Source of the DNA: Octopus sinensis
Lineage: Eukaryota
Direction: 5' to 3'
Length of the DNA: 64,000 bases
Assembly (NCBI RefSeq): GCF_006345805.1
Contig: NC_042999.1
Location: forward strand, 21,018,001-21,082,000
Shown: positions 25,402 through 39,164 of the stretch, one piece after another
Layout of the letters: every line of letters begins with the position of its first letter
Position numbering within the stretch: position 1 is the stretch's first letter
Notes under the pieces: model-generated
Told to the model about the DNA's origin: nothing
Databases searched by the model: none
Seen by the model: only the letters and a program-made list of their open reading frames with translations
Position numbers and translations under genes: made by a program

Positions 25402-25783
25402 CTCTTTTACTATTTTACTTGTTTCAGTCATTTGAATGCGGCCATGCTGGAGCACCGCCTTTAGTCGAGCAAATCCATCCCAGGACTCATTCTTTGTATG
25501 CCTATTACTTATTCTATCCATCTCTTTTGCCGAACCGCTAAGTTACGGGGACGTAAACACACCACCATTGGTTGTCAAGTGATGGTGGGAGAACAAACAC
25601 AGACACGAACATATACACACATACATATATAGGACAGGCTGCTTTCAGTTTCCATCGACCAAATCCACTCACAAGGCTTTGGTCGGCCCGAGGCTATAGT
25701 AGAAGACACTTGCCAAAGGGCCACGCAGTGGGAATGAACCTAGAAGCATGTGGCTGGTAAGCGAGCTTCTTGCCACTACTGCA

Positions 25784-25787
<4 letters not shown>
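25402..25787 (-). mobile_element. SINE-B, full length
   Basis: Head to (aaaagagt)n-type tail; probable source of the 22975-23362 inversion. Confidence 0.85.
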
Positions 25788-25826
<39 letters not shown>

Positions 25827-26399
25827 CAGCAGAAACATATGTCAGAATTTAATGTGAATGATACTATAAGAAACACATTTTAAAGAGGTATAAATCTCCA
25901 TTCCTTTTTATTTTATCTCAATTACACACACACGCGCGCGCACTCACACACACACACGTATAACCTCAGTTTAACCAATTAATTGAGAGTGATAAGAAAA
26001 TGTGACAGAGGTTTAGTAATAGACATTCATCTTTTCCGCTCAGTGCCAAAAATCGTGCTTAGCGGGTTATCTTCCATGTTGGATACGTTCTAAGTTTATA
26101 TATATATACAAATATACAAACTACCGTATTTTGATGTGTACAAGTTACCCTCATGTATAAAGAAACCCCCTAATTTGGGGTGCCTAAAATTTGGAAAAAG
26201 TTTTTGTAAGGGATTATAATACTATCCATGTATAAGAAACTCCTATATATTTTAAACCTAATTTTCGACACTATACATACAGATAGATAGATAGATAGAT
26301 ATGTATATTTGACAATATACATACATATAGATAGATAGATAGATAGATAGATACGAATATTTGACAATATACATATAGATAGAGACGCTAAGCACTTTT

Positions 26400-26600
26400 T
26401 CCGCTCTGTGCCGGAAATCGTGCTTAGCGGGATATCTTCCAGGTTGGTTACGTTCGAAGTTTAAATTCCACCGGAGTCGACATTGGCTTTCATCATTTCG
26501 AGCTCGGTAAAATAAGTACCAGTTAAGCACTGGGGGTAAATGTAATTGATTGCACCCTCTCCCACAATTGCTAACCTTGTACCAAAATTTGAAACCAATA
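26400..26600 (+). mobile_element. Decayed SINE-A variant
   Basis: gttcgaagtttaaattccaccggagtcgac..ttggctttcatcatttcg. Its first 65 bp or so are also present at about 26033-26098. Confidence 0.55.
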
Positions 26601-26628
26601 TAACGACGATCAGTACAGGAGACTGACA

Positions 26629-27266
26629 TGTTGGGTTGTCCGGAAATTTTGTGCCGATTTTTAAAGGAAAGAAAAAGGTCAATAAATACTTGCCATTACA
26701 TTTTTAATCAACCAAATATGAACCATCTTGTTGCACAATGCGTCTCTATCTTTCCTTTAATTTGAAAATACCCTCTCCCCAGAATTGGGGTGGTTTCATG
26801 GCAAAGAATTCATCAAGGTATCTTTTTACGTCATCCGAGGAATTGAAATTTTTACCATTAAGACTATTCTGCAGAGACCTGAATGAGTGGAAATCCGAAG
26901 GAGCGATATGTGGTGAATATGGAGGGTGGGGTAACACATCCTAACCAAGCTGCAGCAATTTTTGCCTGATTCCCAAAGAAACGTGTGGTTTTGCATTATC
27001 ATGTTCGAAAACAATACCCTTCCTGTTGGCCAATTCTGGACGTTTCTCTTGAACTGCTGCAAATGAATTTCTTATCTTCCATTTTAAAGGGTTACAGAAT
27101 TAACACAAATTATAGGAACATAAACCTTCTTCCATGAAAAGATAGCTTAAGCTATGCTCTAACTTGAGGTGTGGTCAAATCCTATTTTGTGGACTAAACC
27201 ATGTTCTAAAATAAGTCTAAATGTAAGCTACTATAAATCGGCACGAACTTTCCGGACAACTCAATA
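26629..27266 (-). mobile_element. Mariner element, internally deleted, both TIRs present
   Basis: TIRs ttgggttgtccggaaattttgtgccgattt and its reverse complement at 27235-27266. Transposase C-terminus 'HDNAKPH...LPHPPYSPHIAPSDFHSFRSLQNSL'. Confidence 0.9.
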
Positions 27267-27799
27267 TTAACTTTTTAAAAATTCGTGTCAGTAGAACACG
27301 GCTGTTTCAAGCTAATACTTTAAATAGCATTACTCGCTCCCGACGGAACAACCAAATGTTTATTTATACTTATTATTATATACAAACTATAAAAACGCAC
27401 ACAAATCTTTTCAGGATAGAATAATTCATTTATTGTGAAATATTATCGTTGTCTAAATAATTTCATGAACATGATTTTGAAAATGCTTCCAAGAAAATTC
27501 TTTTCGTTGATACAGGTCAAAAAATCAAGTTATCTGGTAATTAGATAAACGAAAAATATATTCAAAGCGAGACAGCCGATGAAAAAACTATTTTTCGATC
27601 AGAAATCCCATTAGATATGTCGCATAAAATTACCTATTGCCTAACGCTTTTCATATTTTGGTTATGCGCAATTTTATGCAAACCTCTCGGTGATAGTATT
27701 TTTTTTTTTACAGTATAACGTTGGGGATGTTGATTAAATAATTTACTCATTATGTGCATCTCTCTTGATTACGAACTAATTTTGTTAGTGTGTTGTTTA

Positions 27800-28013
27800 C
27801 GCTTTTACTCTTACTTGTTTCAGTCATTTGACTGTGGTCATGCTGGAGCACCGTCTTTAGTCGAGCATATCGACGGCCAGGACTCATTCTTTGTAAGCCT
27901 AGTACTTATTCTATCGGTCGCTTTTGCCGAACAGCTAAGTTACGGGGACTTAACACACCGGTATCGGTTGTCGAGCGATGTTGGGTGGAACAAACACAGA
28001 CACACAAACGTAT

Positions 28014-28047
<34 letters not shown>

Positions 28048-28239
28048 ATATATATGTATATATATACACACACACACGACAGGCCTATTTTATTTTCCGT
28101 CTACCAAATCCACTCCCAAGGCTTTGATCGGCCCGAGGCTATAGGAGAAGACACCTGCCCAAGGTGACACGCATTGGGACTGAACCTAAAACCACGTGGT
28201 TGGTAAGCAAGCTACTTACCACACAGCCACTCCTACGCC
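27800..28239 (-). mobile_element. SINE-B, full length
   Basis: End-to-end match to the other copies, with an internal (CA)n(TA)n tract. Confidence 0.85.
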
Positions 28240-28269
28240 TATGTATAGTAGAACATTGGTTGAATGAAA

Positions 28270-28773
28270 TACGATGTATGATCAAAAAGTATTGAGCGTG
28301 TTGCTATAAAATGAAAACTAAAACACATTTTGACGTTTAATTTCTTACAATGTAGTCTTCTTGTAAAACCACACACCTTATTCGGAATTGTTTCCATTGG
28401 TGGAAGAATTCCTGAAATTTCTTTTTGTGGGGAGCGAGCTGCTTCCTTGTCGCATTCTGTTTGATTTCCACAACGTCTTCAAAATCTTCTGCTATGATTC
28501 TTTTCAAAATGTTTCCGTCTTCTTCGACACAATCAAGGAAATCTTGCGAAGCTGAAGCCCAATCTTCCCTTTTGAGATGACCATACTCTGCACACTTTAT
28601 TTCCAAGCATTGCTACTAACAATGGAAGTGACCGAAAACGTTTATAACTTAATGCGAAAGTGCGGCAGATTTCAAGGTCAATCCAAGCTGCTTCAGTCAG
28701 TGTACTTTAAATCCGTTACGATAACAACAGTTCTGCTATTTTTAAATCAGACTTTGCATTTGAATAATATCTA
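28270..28773 (-). mobile_element. Mariner-like element, internally deleted
   Basis: ORF 28337-28606 joins 'DGNILKRIIAED' to a C-terminus 'FEDVVEIKQNATRKQL...FQEFFHQWKQFRIRCVVLQEDY'. The TIRs are degenerate. Confidence 0.6.
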
Positions 28774-28899
28774 TTTTTTGTTTTCAGCAATCAATAAAAG
28801 TTATTGTGGAATATATTTCGAATCTAGTATACGACGTATATATAATTATATACTTTGGTACAAACTTATAGACGCGCCGCCACAGACTTATATATACGT

Positions 28900-29290
28900 G
28901 TGTGGAGATGTATTTGGGTGGGGTTTGCATGTGTGTGTGATGTTGTATGTGGAGGTGTTTGTATATGTGGGGGTGTTTGTATGTGTGTGTGTGGAGTTGT
29001 ATGTGGGGGTGTTTGTATATGTGTGTGTGTTCTATGTGGGGTTATTTGCATGTATGTTTGCATGTATGTGGGGGTGTTTGTATGTGTGTGTGTGTGTTTG
29101 TGGAGTTGTATGTGGAGGTGTTTGTATGTGTGTTTGTGGAGTTGTTTGTGGGGGTGTTTGTATATGTGGAGGTGTTTGTATGTGTGTTTGTGGAGTTGTT
29201 TGTGGTGTTTGTATGTGTGTGTGTGTGGAGTTTTATGTGTGGGGACGATTGTATGTGTGTGTGGCGTTGTATGTCGGATGTTTGTGTGCA
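28900..29290. repeat. G/T-rich minisatellite
   Basis: Variant repeats of gtgtgtggagttgtatgtggaggtgtttgtat. Confidence 0.85.
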
Positions 29291-29469
29291 CGCGTGTATG
29301 TATACAAGGAAAGTTTTGCTATAAGATTGCGTATAATAATATATAAATTCAAACTATATTGCTCTTAGACACAAAAATATCTCACCCACATAATACAGAA
29401 AATGCACACGTATATTTATATAATACCAGGAAATAAGTGTTTATTGGTGTGTGCAAGCTTTATCTAATA

Positions 29470-29838
29470 CTAGCAGTATCGCCCGGCGTTGCTCGGGTTT
29501 GTAAGGGAAATAACTATAAAGCATTTTTAGAGAGTTATAGCCAAAAAATGGAAAAAAAATTATGGTAAATTTTTTTAGTTAAAAAGGTCGAGTTGCGTCC
29601 CCTAGACAGTCTGTGGTTTGTGTTTCTGATTCTCGACCCCATGTCGAATTTATCGATTTTTTTCAGAACTGGGGGAACTTTTCAAAATTTTCGCTGCGTT
29701 AGTTTTGAATTATGACATTGGGCTATGTGTGTGTCAAGTTTCATCAGAATCGGTTGAAAGCCGTGGTCAGGGTGAGGGTACAACCTAACAGACACACAGA
29801 AACACACACAGACAAACTGCCGTTTATATATAGAGAGA
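29470..29838 (-). mobile_element. Non-autonomous Helitron
   Basis: Minus strand A|TC...CTAG|T, with hairpin cccgagcaacgccggg near the 3' end, no TSD, and a second copy at 54202-54580. Confidence 0.85.
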
Positions 29839-30610
29839 TATGGAAAGTTGTCTCTCAGTCTATACATCAATGAAGCTCACTAAAAGTCGTACGTAATCTT
29901 TGCCAACGTGCTTCAGTTTTTATTCCCTAAAATGATTGGTTTTTCCCTAAAGTGATTGGCTATTTCCATATAAATATAAAATTTAAGCTGAGCAAATATA
30001 AAATATTAAAATTTCATCCATATATCAAACTATTTAACCAAAGAGAAAGTGAAATCTTTTGAGAATACTAGGAATTCTATATACGTCAAAAAACTTTCCA
30101 CTCTTTATATCATAAAATCTGAGTGAAACAATGTTAAGAGGTTTCTTTGACGGAATTCGGCTAAATTAGATTGGCCCTAGAAGGTTATCTAGGTTATTGT
30201 AGGGTTTCAATGTTATAGAAGACAGCTACATTCTATTACTTGAATATACACGTTAGAAAATATATCAAAATGTTGACTAGATGTTACAGCGGGCATATGA
30301 GGCTGTCATCTTTGAAGTCAAGATGCCATTCCATCAAAAGTAAACAAAATTTCATATTCCTTGTGTATATGTGTTGGAGTTTATTCCTATCGGTGTATAA
30401 TGTTTCGTGTTTTTACGTGCTGAGCGATACAAGCTATCATATAACTTGTCTGGCATTAATTCATTTTTATGATGATAAATGTCACTAAACTTTAATGCAC
30501 ATCGATATTTTGCATAATAGTATCATATAATCCCTTTCTTTTGTTTCCTACCATCTCATGCAACCTCTTTTAAATCTATCAATCTGTCTATCCATCTATT
30601 TGTCTATATC

Positions 30611-30843
30611 TATTTCTTTACTACCCACAAGGGGCTATACACAGAGAGGACAAACAAGGACAGACAAAGGGATTAAGTCGATTATATCGATCTCAGTGCG
30701 CAACTGGTACTTAATTTATCGACTCCGAAAGGATGAAAGGCAAAGTCGACCTCGGTGGAATTTGAACTCAGAACGTAGCGGCAGACGAAACACAGCTAAG
30801 AATTCCGCCCGGCGTGCTAAGGTTTCTGCCAGCACGCCGCCTT
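30611..30843 (-). mobile_element. SINE-A, full length
   Basis: Matches 12647-12877 end to end. Confidence 0.85.
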
Positions 30844-32298
30844 GAATGTATCTCTATCATCTATCTATCTATCTACCTTCCTATTTATCTGTCTTCTGCC
30901 TGAATTCGTTCAGAAACAAGAAGAAAAGATACACTATATCTTTGTCAAAAAGAGCCTGTACATTAAGAGATATGTGTTTAAAAAAATACCTCTATTAATC
31001 GGAGTGTTGTAGCCTAAGTGAGCCAATAGAATTAAGACGACAGCAAATGCATCTTCTATATTACAGACGAACTAAGCATCCTAACCGCAGCAGTATATAT
31101 CTTGAACATCTGCAAAGAAATTATCTTTTGCCTAAATAAACAGAAATTCAAATAGCGGAACGATTATATTTCGAATGGTCAACCTATCCAAACTGGATAG
31201 CTTAATCTATATTCCATTTATTCCTCCACACTTTCCACCTCGGTAATCCCCTTATGCCAACACTTCCAGTTACATAAGCTTAAATTTAAAACTATGTATG
31301 CAAAATACCAATGGATAACAGTATATAAAACGACTTGTATGCATATCAACTTCATAACAGAAAATGTTTTAATATTATAGATTCTCTAACTTTAAGACAC
31401 TATATGTAGTCTTTAAATTACATTTTAGGCCACCATATCCCAATCGTGTAGGGATTATTTAATCACCGAAATGCATTCTAGCCAGTGAATTACCTGTTAT
31501 ATGGAGGAATGTATCTAGATTTCTTTTGGATGTTATGGGTATTTTCGCCTTTTGGATTCTCCTGGGTTTCATTTGAATATCGCATGGGAAATTGTTGTAA
31601 ATGAAATATTGTGTCTCAATTTTATGTGATGTGAATTCGGCTTTTGTATGGAGATCAAGGTCTTGAGTGATTAGGGAATTTGGAATAATCACCAGTACCG
31701 TTTAGACGCTACTGGTGGCATGTTTTCTAAATTGTATTAATGATTGAGCGCCAATACCTTAAAAGGGAATTAATAATTTTTCCTTCTTTTTTAAGGCATT
31801 CCAAGTCATGAATGCTTCTGATGGTACATATTTTACTTTGTGATCGATAATCGGGGAAAGGGATGCTTCTGTTCGCATAATATGTTTCCTTTTGTCTAGA
31901 GAGACAATAGTGTGCAGTGATATTGAAAGAGAGAATTGGCAAACTGTAGAGAGAATGACGTTAGCAGAACCTCGAACGGCGAAATTCTAATGATGGATGA
32001 GCATATTCTGCCTTCTATAAAGACATTAATGTTGATACTTGCGGTCTAGCGTAGGCTGCTGTTGACAGTTACATCTATGGCTCCAATATTATCTGACGCC
32101 ACGAAAACTTTAGCTGGAGGAAGGGAATATGGTCGTTTAAATGTCTCTTTTCTACAATGGACGAACAGAAGTTATTCAATGTTTAGCAGACTTTACAGAA
32201 CAAATCACAACGTATAGAGGAGATTAGAGTTCCGTTCGGTTTCGTATAATCCTCAAGATTTCTTTGAGTGATATATATATATCACTCTATGCAGGTAT

Positions 32299-33155
32299 AT
32301 ACGGGGTGTCCCAAAAGTCACTGATGAGTTTCAATTTTTAATAACTTCGTCAACTTTACAAATAAATTCATATAAGTTTGATACAGTATAACGGACTTAA
32401 TGAAAATTAATATGCAAAAATATTTTGCAACACTACTATATTACATATGAAAAATTACATCGCATAAATGGGAGCCATTTTTGTCTTTGCACACCCATCT
32501 TTTTTTCCAAAACTTGCACCATAGCACCCTCAATAGATTTAGACCCCACTTCTCTAATTTCTCTATTGATGTTCTCCTTCAGTTGCACCATGGTCTCCAG
32601 TTTGTTGACGTAAACCCTCTCTTTCGGGTATCTCCATAAGAGAAAATTCGTGCTAGTCACGTCTGGGGTACGTGAAGGCCAAATGACATCGCCGTAGCGT
32701 GAGATTACTCTCAATCCAAAAGTCTGTCGTAGCAACTTCAATGTCTTTTTTGCGGTATGAGCAGTTGCCCCATCTTACTGGAACCATATGTGAGGTCTAC
32801 TTTGAATGACCGGGGGCAAAACGGTCCTAATCTTAGATACCTGAAAGAGAGGGTTTACATCAACGAAGGAGCAACTGAAGGAGAACATCAATAGGGAAAT
32901 CAGTGAAGTGGGATCTAAAACTCCTGAGGGTGTTATGGTGCAAGGTTTGTAAAGAGCACAGGAATGAGAAACCTAAAATGGCTGCCATTTAAGCGAGGTC
33001 ATTTTTGATGTATGTTGCAGTGGTGTTGCAAAATTCGACTTATGCATATTAACTTCCATTATATCCTTTATATTGTATCAAAATCTCATGCATTTATTTG
33101 TGAATTTGAGGAAGTTATTAAAAGCTGAAACCCATCAGTAACTCTTGGGACACCT
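32299..33155. mobile_element. Tc1/mariner-superfamily foldback made of two 3' ends
   Basis: Minus ORF 32436-32741 'FGLRVISRYGDVIWPSRTPDVTSTNFLLWRYPKERVYVNK' (WPxRSPDL-type C-terminus). A diverged second 3' end lies on the plus strand at about 32830-33155. TIRs ggtgtcccaaaagtcactgatgagtttc face outward. Confidence 0.75.
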
Positions 33156-33171
33156 TAGATAGATGTAAATG

Positions 33172-33172
33172 T

Positions 33173-33222
<50 letters not shown>
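33172..33222. repeat. (TG)n microsatellite
   Basis: Seen directly. Confidence 0.95.
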
Positions 33223-33227
<5 letters not shown>

Positions 33228-33855
33228 GTGCCAGAAGACTTCCCCAAATAAGTCTTAAATTCTTTGACAATTGAAGCTAACAAGTAAGATTTCAGGAGTT
33301 ACGGAGTAAGTGCGTGAGTGCATGTATAGTATGATAAATTAAACTTTATATTTATATACAGACAGAAAGACATGCACGCGCACGCACACAGATACACAAA
33401 CACTCGCATCGTAACAGTGTATATATAACTGCATGTGTAGAAATCAAATACAATATTTCTAATATCAATTCTCCTCTACCTTTGCTCATGCCAACAGTAT
33501 TGTTGTCGTCATTCTATTTCGATTTTCACAGGCTTCCTTCCAGATGTTTCACCGTCCACACTACTCTCTTACACACGTTTATACATGCCCCATATACATA
33601 AATAAATACATACACACACGCACATTCATATTGTCCACCAGGCTCCCCTCTCCTGCTTTGATTCTCTGTTTGTTTTTCTGCAATATTCCTTCATTTTTAG
33701 TTTAATTTTCTTCACTATGTTCATTTTCATTTATACCTACGTTCAACCACTATCTATGCCTTGTGTCTTCTCATACTTTGGTTCACTGTCTTTCTCTATA
33801 TGTTTCATCCTGCTCTGACACACTCCGTCGCATTGATATATTTATATATATATAC

Positions 33856-34935
33856 TTTTACTTGTTTCAGTCATTTGACTGCGGCCATGCTGGAGCACCA
33901 CCTTTAGTCGAGCAAATCGACCCCAGGACTTATTCTTTGTAAGCCTGCTACTTATCCTGTCGGTGTCTTGTGAACCGCTAAGTTACGGGGACGTAAACAC
34001 ACCATGTATAAATTATATAGGTTAAGTGTGAATGTAATTGTATATAAATATACACAAATACATACATACACACAGATGCATATACACACATGCATGTGTA
34101 TACATACACGCACACATATATGTATACACACATTCACATCCACACACATATATATAGGGGCAGGCGTGTCTGTGTGATAAGAAACTTTCTTCGCAACTAC
34201 ATGTCTCCGGGTTCAGTCCCACTGCGTGGCTTTTTGGGTGAGTGTCTTCTACTATAGAGACGGACCAACCAAAGACTTGTGATTGGATTTAGTAGACGGA
34301 AACTGAGCGAATCACGTCGATGAAATATATATATATATAAATATAGTTGCGTGTCTGTGTTTACGTCCCCGTAAATAAGCGGATTGGTAAAAAGGGACCG
34401 ATAGAATAAGTACTAGGCTCACAAAAAATAAGTCCTGGGGTCAATTTGTTCGACTAAAGGCGGTGCTCCAGGATGGTCGCAGTCAAATAACTAAAACGAA
34501 TAAAACAAAATATATATAGGCGCAGGAGTGGCTGTGTGGTAAGTAGCTTGCTAACCAACCACATGGTTCCGGGTTCAGTCCCACTGCGTAGCATCTTGGG
34601 CAAGTGTCTTCTGCTATATCCCCGGGCCGACCAATGCCATGTGAGTGGATTTGGTAGACGGAAACTGAAAGAAGCCTGTCGTATATATGTATATATATAT
34701 GTGTGTGTGTGTACATGTTTGTGTGTCTGTGTTTGTGCCCCTAGCATTGCTTGACAACCGATGCTGGTGTTTTTACGTCCCCGTCACCTAGCGGTTCGGC
34801 AAAGGAGACCGATAGAATAAGTACTGGGCTTACAAAGAATAAGTCCCGGGGTCGATTTGCTCGACTAAAGGCGATGCTCCAGCATGGCCGCAGTCAAATG
34901 ACTGAAACAAGTAAAAGAGTAAAAGAAAAGAGTAT
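33856..34935. mobile_element. Cluster of three SINE-B pieces
   Basis: 3' part on minus at 33856-34005, decayed plus copy at 34157-34500, full plus copy at 34519-34935. Confidence 0.8.
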
Positions 34936-35419
34936 ACTTCATTTTTTTATATTTTATCTTTTTTTTTCTTTCGCATTCTCTATTCCGTTTGTATGTATAT
35001 TTTTCTTTTTTTCTGAAATGACGAAAAGGAAAGAAGCAGAGAAACCATTCTCCTATATTCCTCATTCTATCCTCTCTTTCTTTCTTTTCATATATTCCCT
35101 CGAGAAAGGTAATGTACTTCTGATATATTATTGCCCTTCACTCTCTTGAGATATATCTGGCAGTAAAGTGTGTACACTGCAATAGTTACTGAAGCTATGT
35201 GCTACCAACGAGAGTGGAATTAAGAGATTAGTGAACTTTGCTTAAGTAATCTTAAAGATAGTCTCTTGACATTTGAAAAATTTTCTTAGAGTGTCTAAAA
35301 ATGGACGATATTTCAACTGTCAGTTGTACGCATCATATTTCAGATTTATTGACTTGCACAAAAAGGAACGTGAACAATTACATACCCAGTCAACATAAAT
35401 TTAAATAAGTTAAATATAT

Positions 35420-36070
35420 GGCGCAGCAGTGGCTGAGATGTAAATAGCTTCCTTATCAACCACATGGTTCCAGGTTCAGTCCCACTGCATGCTACCTCAA
35501 ATTTACATGTGATTTGCAAGATTCTTTATATGAATTCGTGTGTTGGAACAAATTGTGCCGCGTCTACGGAAAATCATTATGCCAATATTATTAATACACA
35601 CACTGGTTGAAGTTCACTCTTTTATTGAATATCGATCTAACTAATCGATTCTTTGTCTTTCTTTGTTAATTGTTCAGTTATTCTTTTCTCCTTTTGTTTC
35701 TTTATATATTTGGCTGCGGTCATGCTAAAGCACCACCTTAGATTGAACAGATCGACCCCCAGGACTTACTTTTTATAAGCCTGCTACTTATTCTATCGGG
35801 CTCTTTTTGCTGAACCGCCAAGTTACGCGGATATTACACACCAATATCGGTTGTCAGACAATGGGGGTGGGGACAAACAGACACAAACACAAAAATATAG
35901 ACATATACACATTACGACGGGCTTCTTTCAGTTTCTCTCTACCAAATCCATTCACAAGGCTTTGGTCGGCTCGAGGCTGAAGTAGAAGACACTTACCCAT
36001 GTTGCCACGCAGTGAGACTGAAGCCGAGACCACGTGTTTGGGAAGCAAGCTTCTTACCACACAGCCATGT
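35420..36070. mobile_element. SINE-B 5' fragment (+, 35420-35500) and full SINE-B (-, about 35695-36070)
   Basis: Sequence match to the other SINE-B copies. Confidence 0.75.
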
Positions 36071-36527
36071 CAGCGCCTGTTGTTTGTTTTCTTTTTGTTT
36101 CCTTGTTTTGTTTTTTGTAAAAGTTCTTTCGTAACTATTTGCATTATTTTCAGTGAGGGAACTAAACTAGTGCGTGTATTATTGATGTTGGCATAATGTC
36201 TCTCCCTAGACATAACAGTATTTCACTTTATTTCATCTCCGTTTGTTGCACGTAGAACACAACAAAGAGATATCTCTCGCATAAGAATCCACTATGCACG
36301 TTTCCATAGTCTGCACTTCCCCTTAAATATATTGCTCTCATCACGATAAATAGTACCTGGTGTCATAATTTTCAATTTCAGCTCGTAAGAACGTAACAAA
36401 ACTTGTGTAACATCGGAGAGAATGGCTCGGGACATATAAATATATGCAGAAATGTTTGTACATAGAGTTCACTATGCAGTTTTTTGTGTATACAGTCCAC
36501 TATGCAATTTCTATTCACATTTACACA

Positions 36528-36856
36528 TTGAGCTCAAAATCTCTTGTGGAAGCATCATCCAACCAAAATACAAATACATGGGAAACAACCACCTGTATCA
36601 TCTCTTGTGAAAAGTAGGAGAGTCCAGTTTGCTGGACATTGTTGTAGAGCTGAAAACGAGGCAATTTCTACTCTTCTCTTCTGGAAGCCATCTACTCGCG
36701 ATACCAGAGGGCGCACACTCTCCTACCCTGATGTAATCTCCATGAGTACAGGCATCCAGCAACAGGACCTCCGTAATGCTATGATGGACCGTGGAGTCTG
36801 GCGTAGCATAGTAAATTCCATTGTCTCGAATACGGTCGAACAATGATGATAATTGA
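36528..36856 (+). mobile_element. RTE-type LINE 3' fragment
   Basis: 'SRRVQFAGHCCRAENEAISTLLFWKP...GRTLSYPDVISMSTG...AMMDRGVWRSIV', a short (tga)n tail and a possible TSD acacatt. Confidence 0.75.
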
Positions 36857-37050
36857 CACATTATGCAATTCCTCTTAAATATTGCTCTAATCACGAAAAA
36901 TAACAGCTGGCGTCATAGTTTTCTATTTTCTGCTCGTGGAAACGTAGCAAAATGCTTCGTAACATAAATATATACAGAAATTTTTGAGTCATGAAATCAA
37001 ACCCTGTTTAGTTTACCTATACCTTTCATTTTTATGGTGTCAATATATAT

Positions 37051-37446
37051 GGCGCAGGAGTGGCTGTGTGGTAAGTAGCTTTTTTACCAACCACATGGTT
37101 CCGGGTTCAGTCCCACTGCGTGGCAATTTTGGGCAAATGTCTTCTACTATAGCCTCGGGCCGACCAAAGCCTTGTGAGTGGATTTGGTAGACTGAAACTG
37201 AAAGAAGCCCGTCGTATATATGCATATATATGTATACGTGTGTGTGTTTGTCCCCCTAGTATTCCTTGACAACCGATGCTGGTGTGTTTATGTCCCCGTT
37301 ACTTAGCGATTCGGCCAAAGAGACCGATAGAATAAGTAATGGGCTTACAAAAGAATAAGTCCCGGGGTCGAGTTGCTCGATTAAAGGCGGTGCTCCAGCA
37401 TGGCCGCAGTCAAATGACTGAAACAAGTAAAAGAGTATAAGAGAGT
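37051..37446 (+). mobile_element. SINE-B, full length
   Basis: ggcgcaggagtggctgtgtgg...ccttgtgagtggatttggtag...gtaaaagagtataagagagt. Confidence 0.9.
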
Positions 37447-38161
37447 ATGGGTGTGCTAGAGCTGTACTAACTACGTCGGGTGGTACTCTTTCTGGTTCTT
37501 GTTAGAGTACTTTGGAACCTGAGTACAGTCTCGATTGGGTTGATTTAGATCCTTCATACGGTTATACTCCGCCATCAGCTGTCACCTTTTGTTCACTTGA
37601 TGGAGACCTTCGGAGCTTTCCAATTTGAGGGGACCTAATTCATCCCTTCCCACAAACTCACTGTCGAAGCGTTTCTGAAGGAGAGGTCCTTCACTTCATT
37701 CCGAAATAATCAAAGAAAAATGTATGAAGAGACGAAAATACCATTAAATGATGACAACGATATATAGAATCAGATAATGAAACGAAACAATGGAATATTA
37801 AAGAATGAAACCAAACCATGACGGATATGCTGAAGTCCAGATCAATCACCATGAATATAATATCGTCATAAGTAAGTTCAGTACGGACGAATGTATAGTT
37901 AAAAAAAAAAAACTCTCACGCTGCCCCATAATTGACCTTTAAAAATATGCAAATTGCTTCGGTGAAAGTGTGTCATTGTCAGCATCACAGTTCAGTAAAC
38001 GAAATGTTGGTACTTTATAAAAAGTATTTCAAGGTGAATTCAATGTATTCTTGCATTGTTAAATAATTTCAATGCCTCTTCTAGGATATAACTGCTAATC
38101 TGCATACATATTTATACAGACACACACACATACCTATATATATATGTATATATTTATTTAT

Positions 38162-38205
<44 letters not shown>

Positions 38206-38257
38206 CGAATACCTAGTCCGCCTCCACACCTATATATATGTGTGTGTGTGTGTGTGC

Positions 38258-38296
<39 letters not shown>

Positions 38297-39164
38297 GGCA
38301 GATAGGTTTATGTATGAGCGTGTGTGGGTGTGCGTGTACGCATGTTTAGATATATAGAAAGATAGGCAGATAAAGTAGGTAGAGAGAGAGAGAGTGAGAT
38401 CCAGATTTATTCGAAATAAATTCACGATCACGTGCAAATAACTTTCACACATGCATTCTCTGTCTTCGACACTTAAAATTTTGCTTCCTTTCTCAGCGTT
38501 GTTCAATTCTCAAAGTCAACGTCAGAATTATAATAATAATAACTTCAAATCACGAAACGTCGCTCGGAGTGTTTCTAAATTAAGTGTGTATAGTTTTACG
38601 GGTCATGCTAATTTTAAGGCATAATCAGCATGTTCATCTGTTCCCTCCCACCCTCCTTATTATCAACATCATCACTACTATCACCATCATCATCCACATA
38701 ACCAACACAACATTCAGCATTGCCGTCATATTTCTGGTGGTTGTCGTTATCAGTAACATCATCATCGCCACATCATCACGACGATTATATTATCGTGAAT
38801 TTCATCATATCGTGATAATCGACATGTTCACCTTCATTAACCTTATCCATTTCCTCATCACAGCTAAGTAAAATTATTCAAAATATAAGGCAACGACCAC
38901 CATTACTGTTCCGAATCGATTATTTTACGAATAAATTAATTTTCGTGAAATAGAATGCAGATATCATACTGATTATTTCGATCCGTGTTTCGCATAGAGG
39001 CAAAGAGAGTGTTACTACTAGACAAAAAGGATAGAAAATTTGACATATTTAACAAGATTTAATAAGTGTTAAATTTCTCATCACATCCAAATCTACACTG
39101 AAGAAATGGGGAATGTGCGGATGAAGACTGCAATATTAAATATTAATATATAGAGTGAGTTAGG

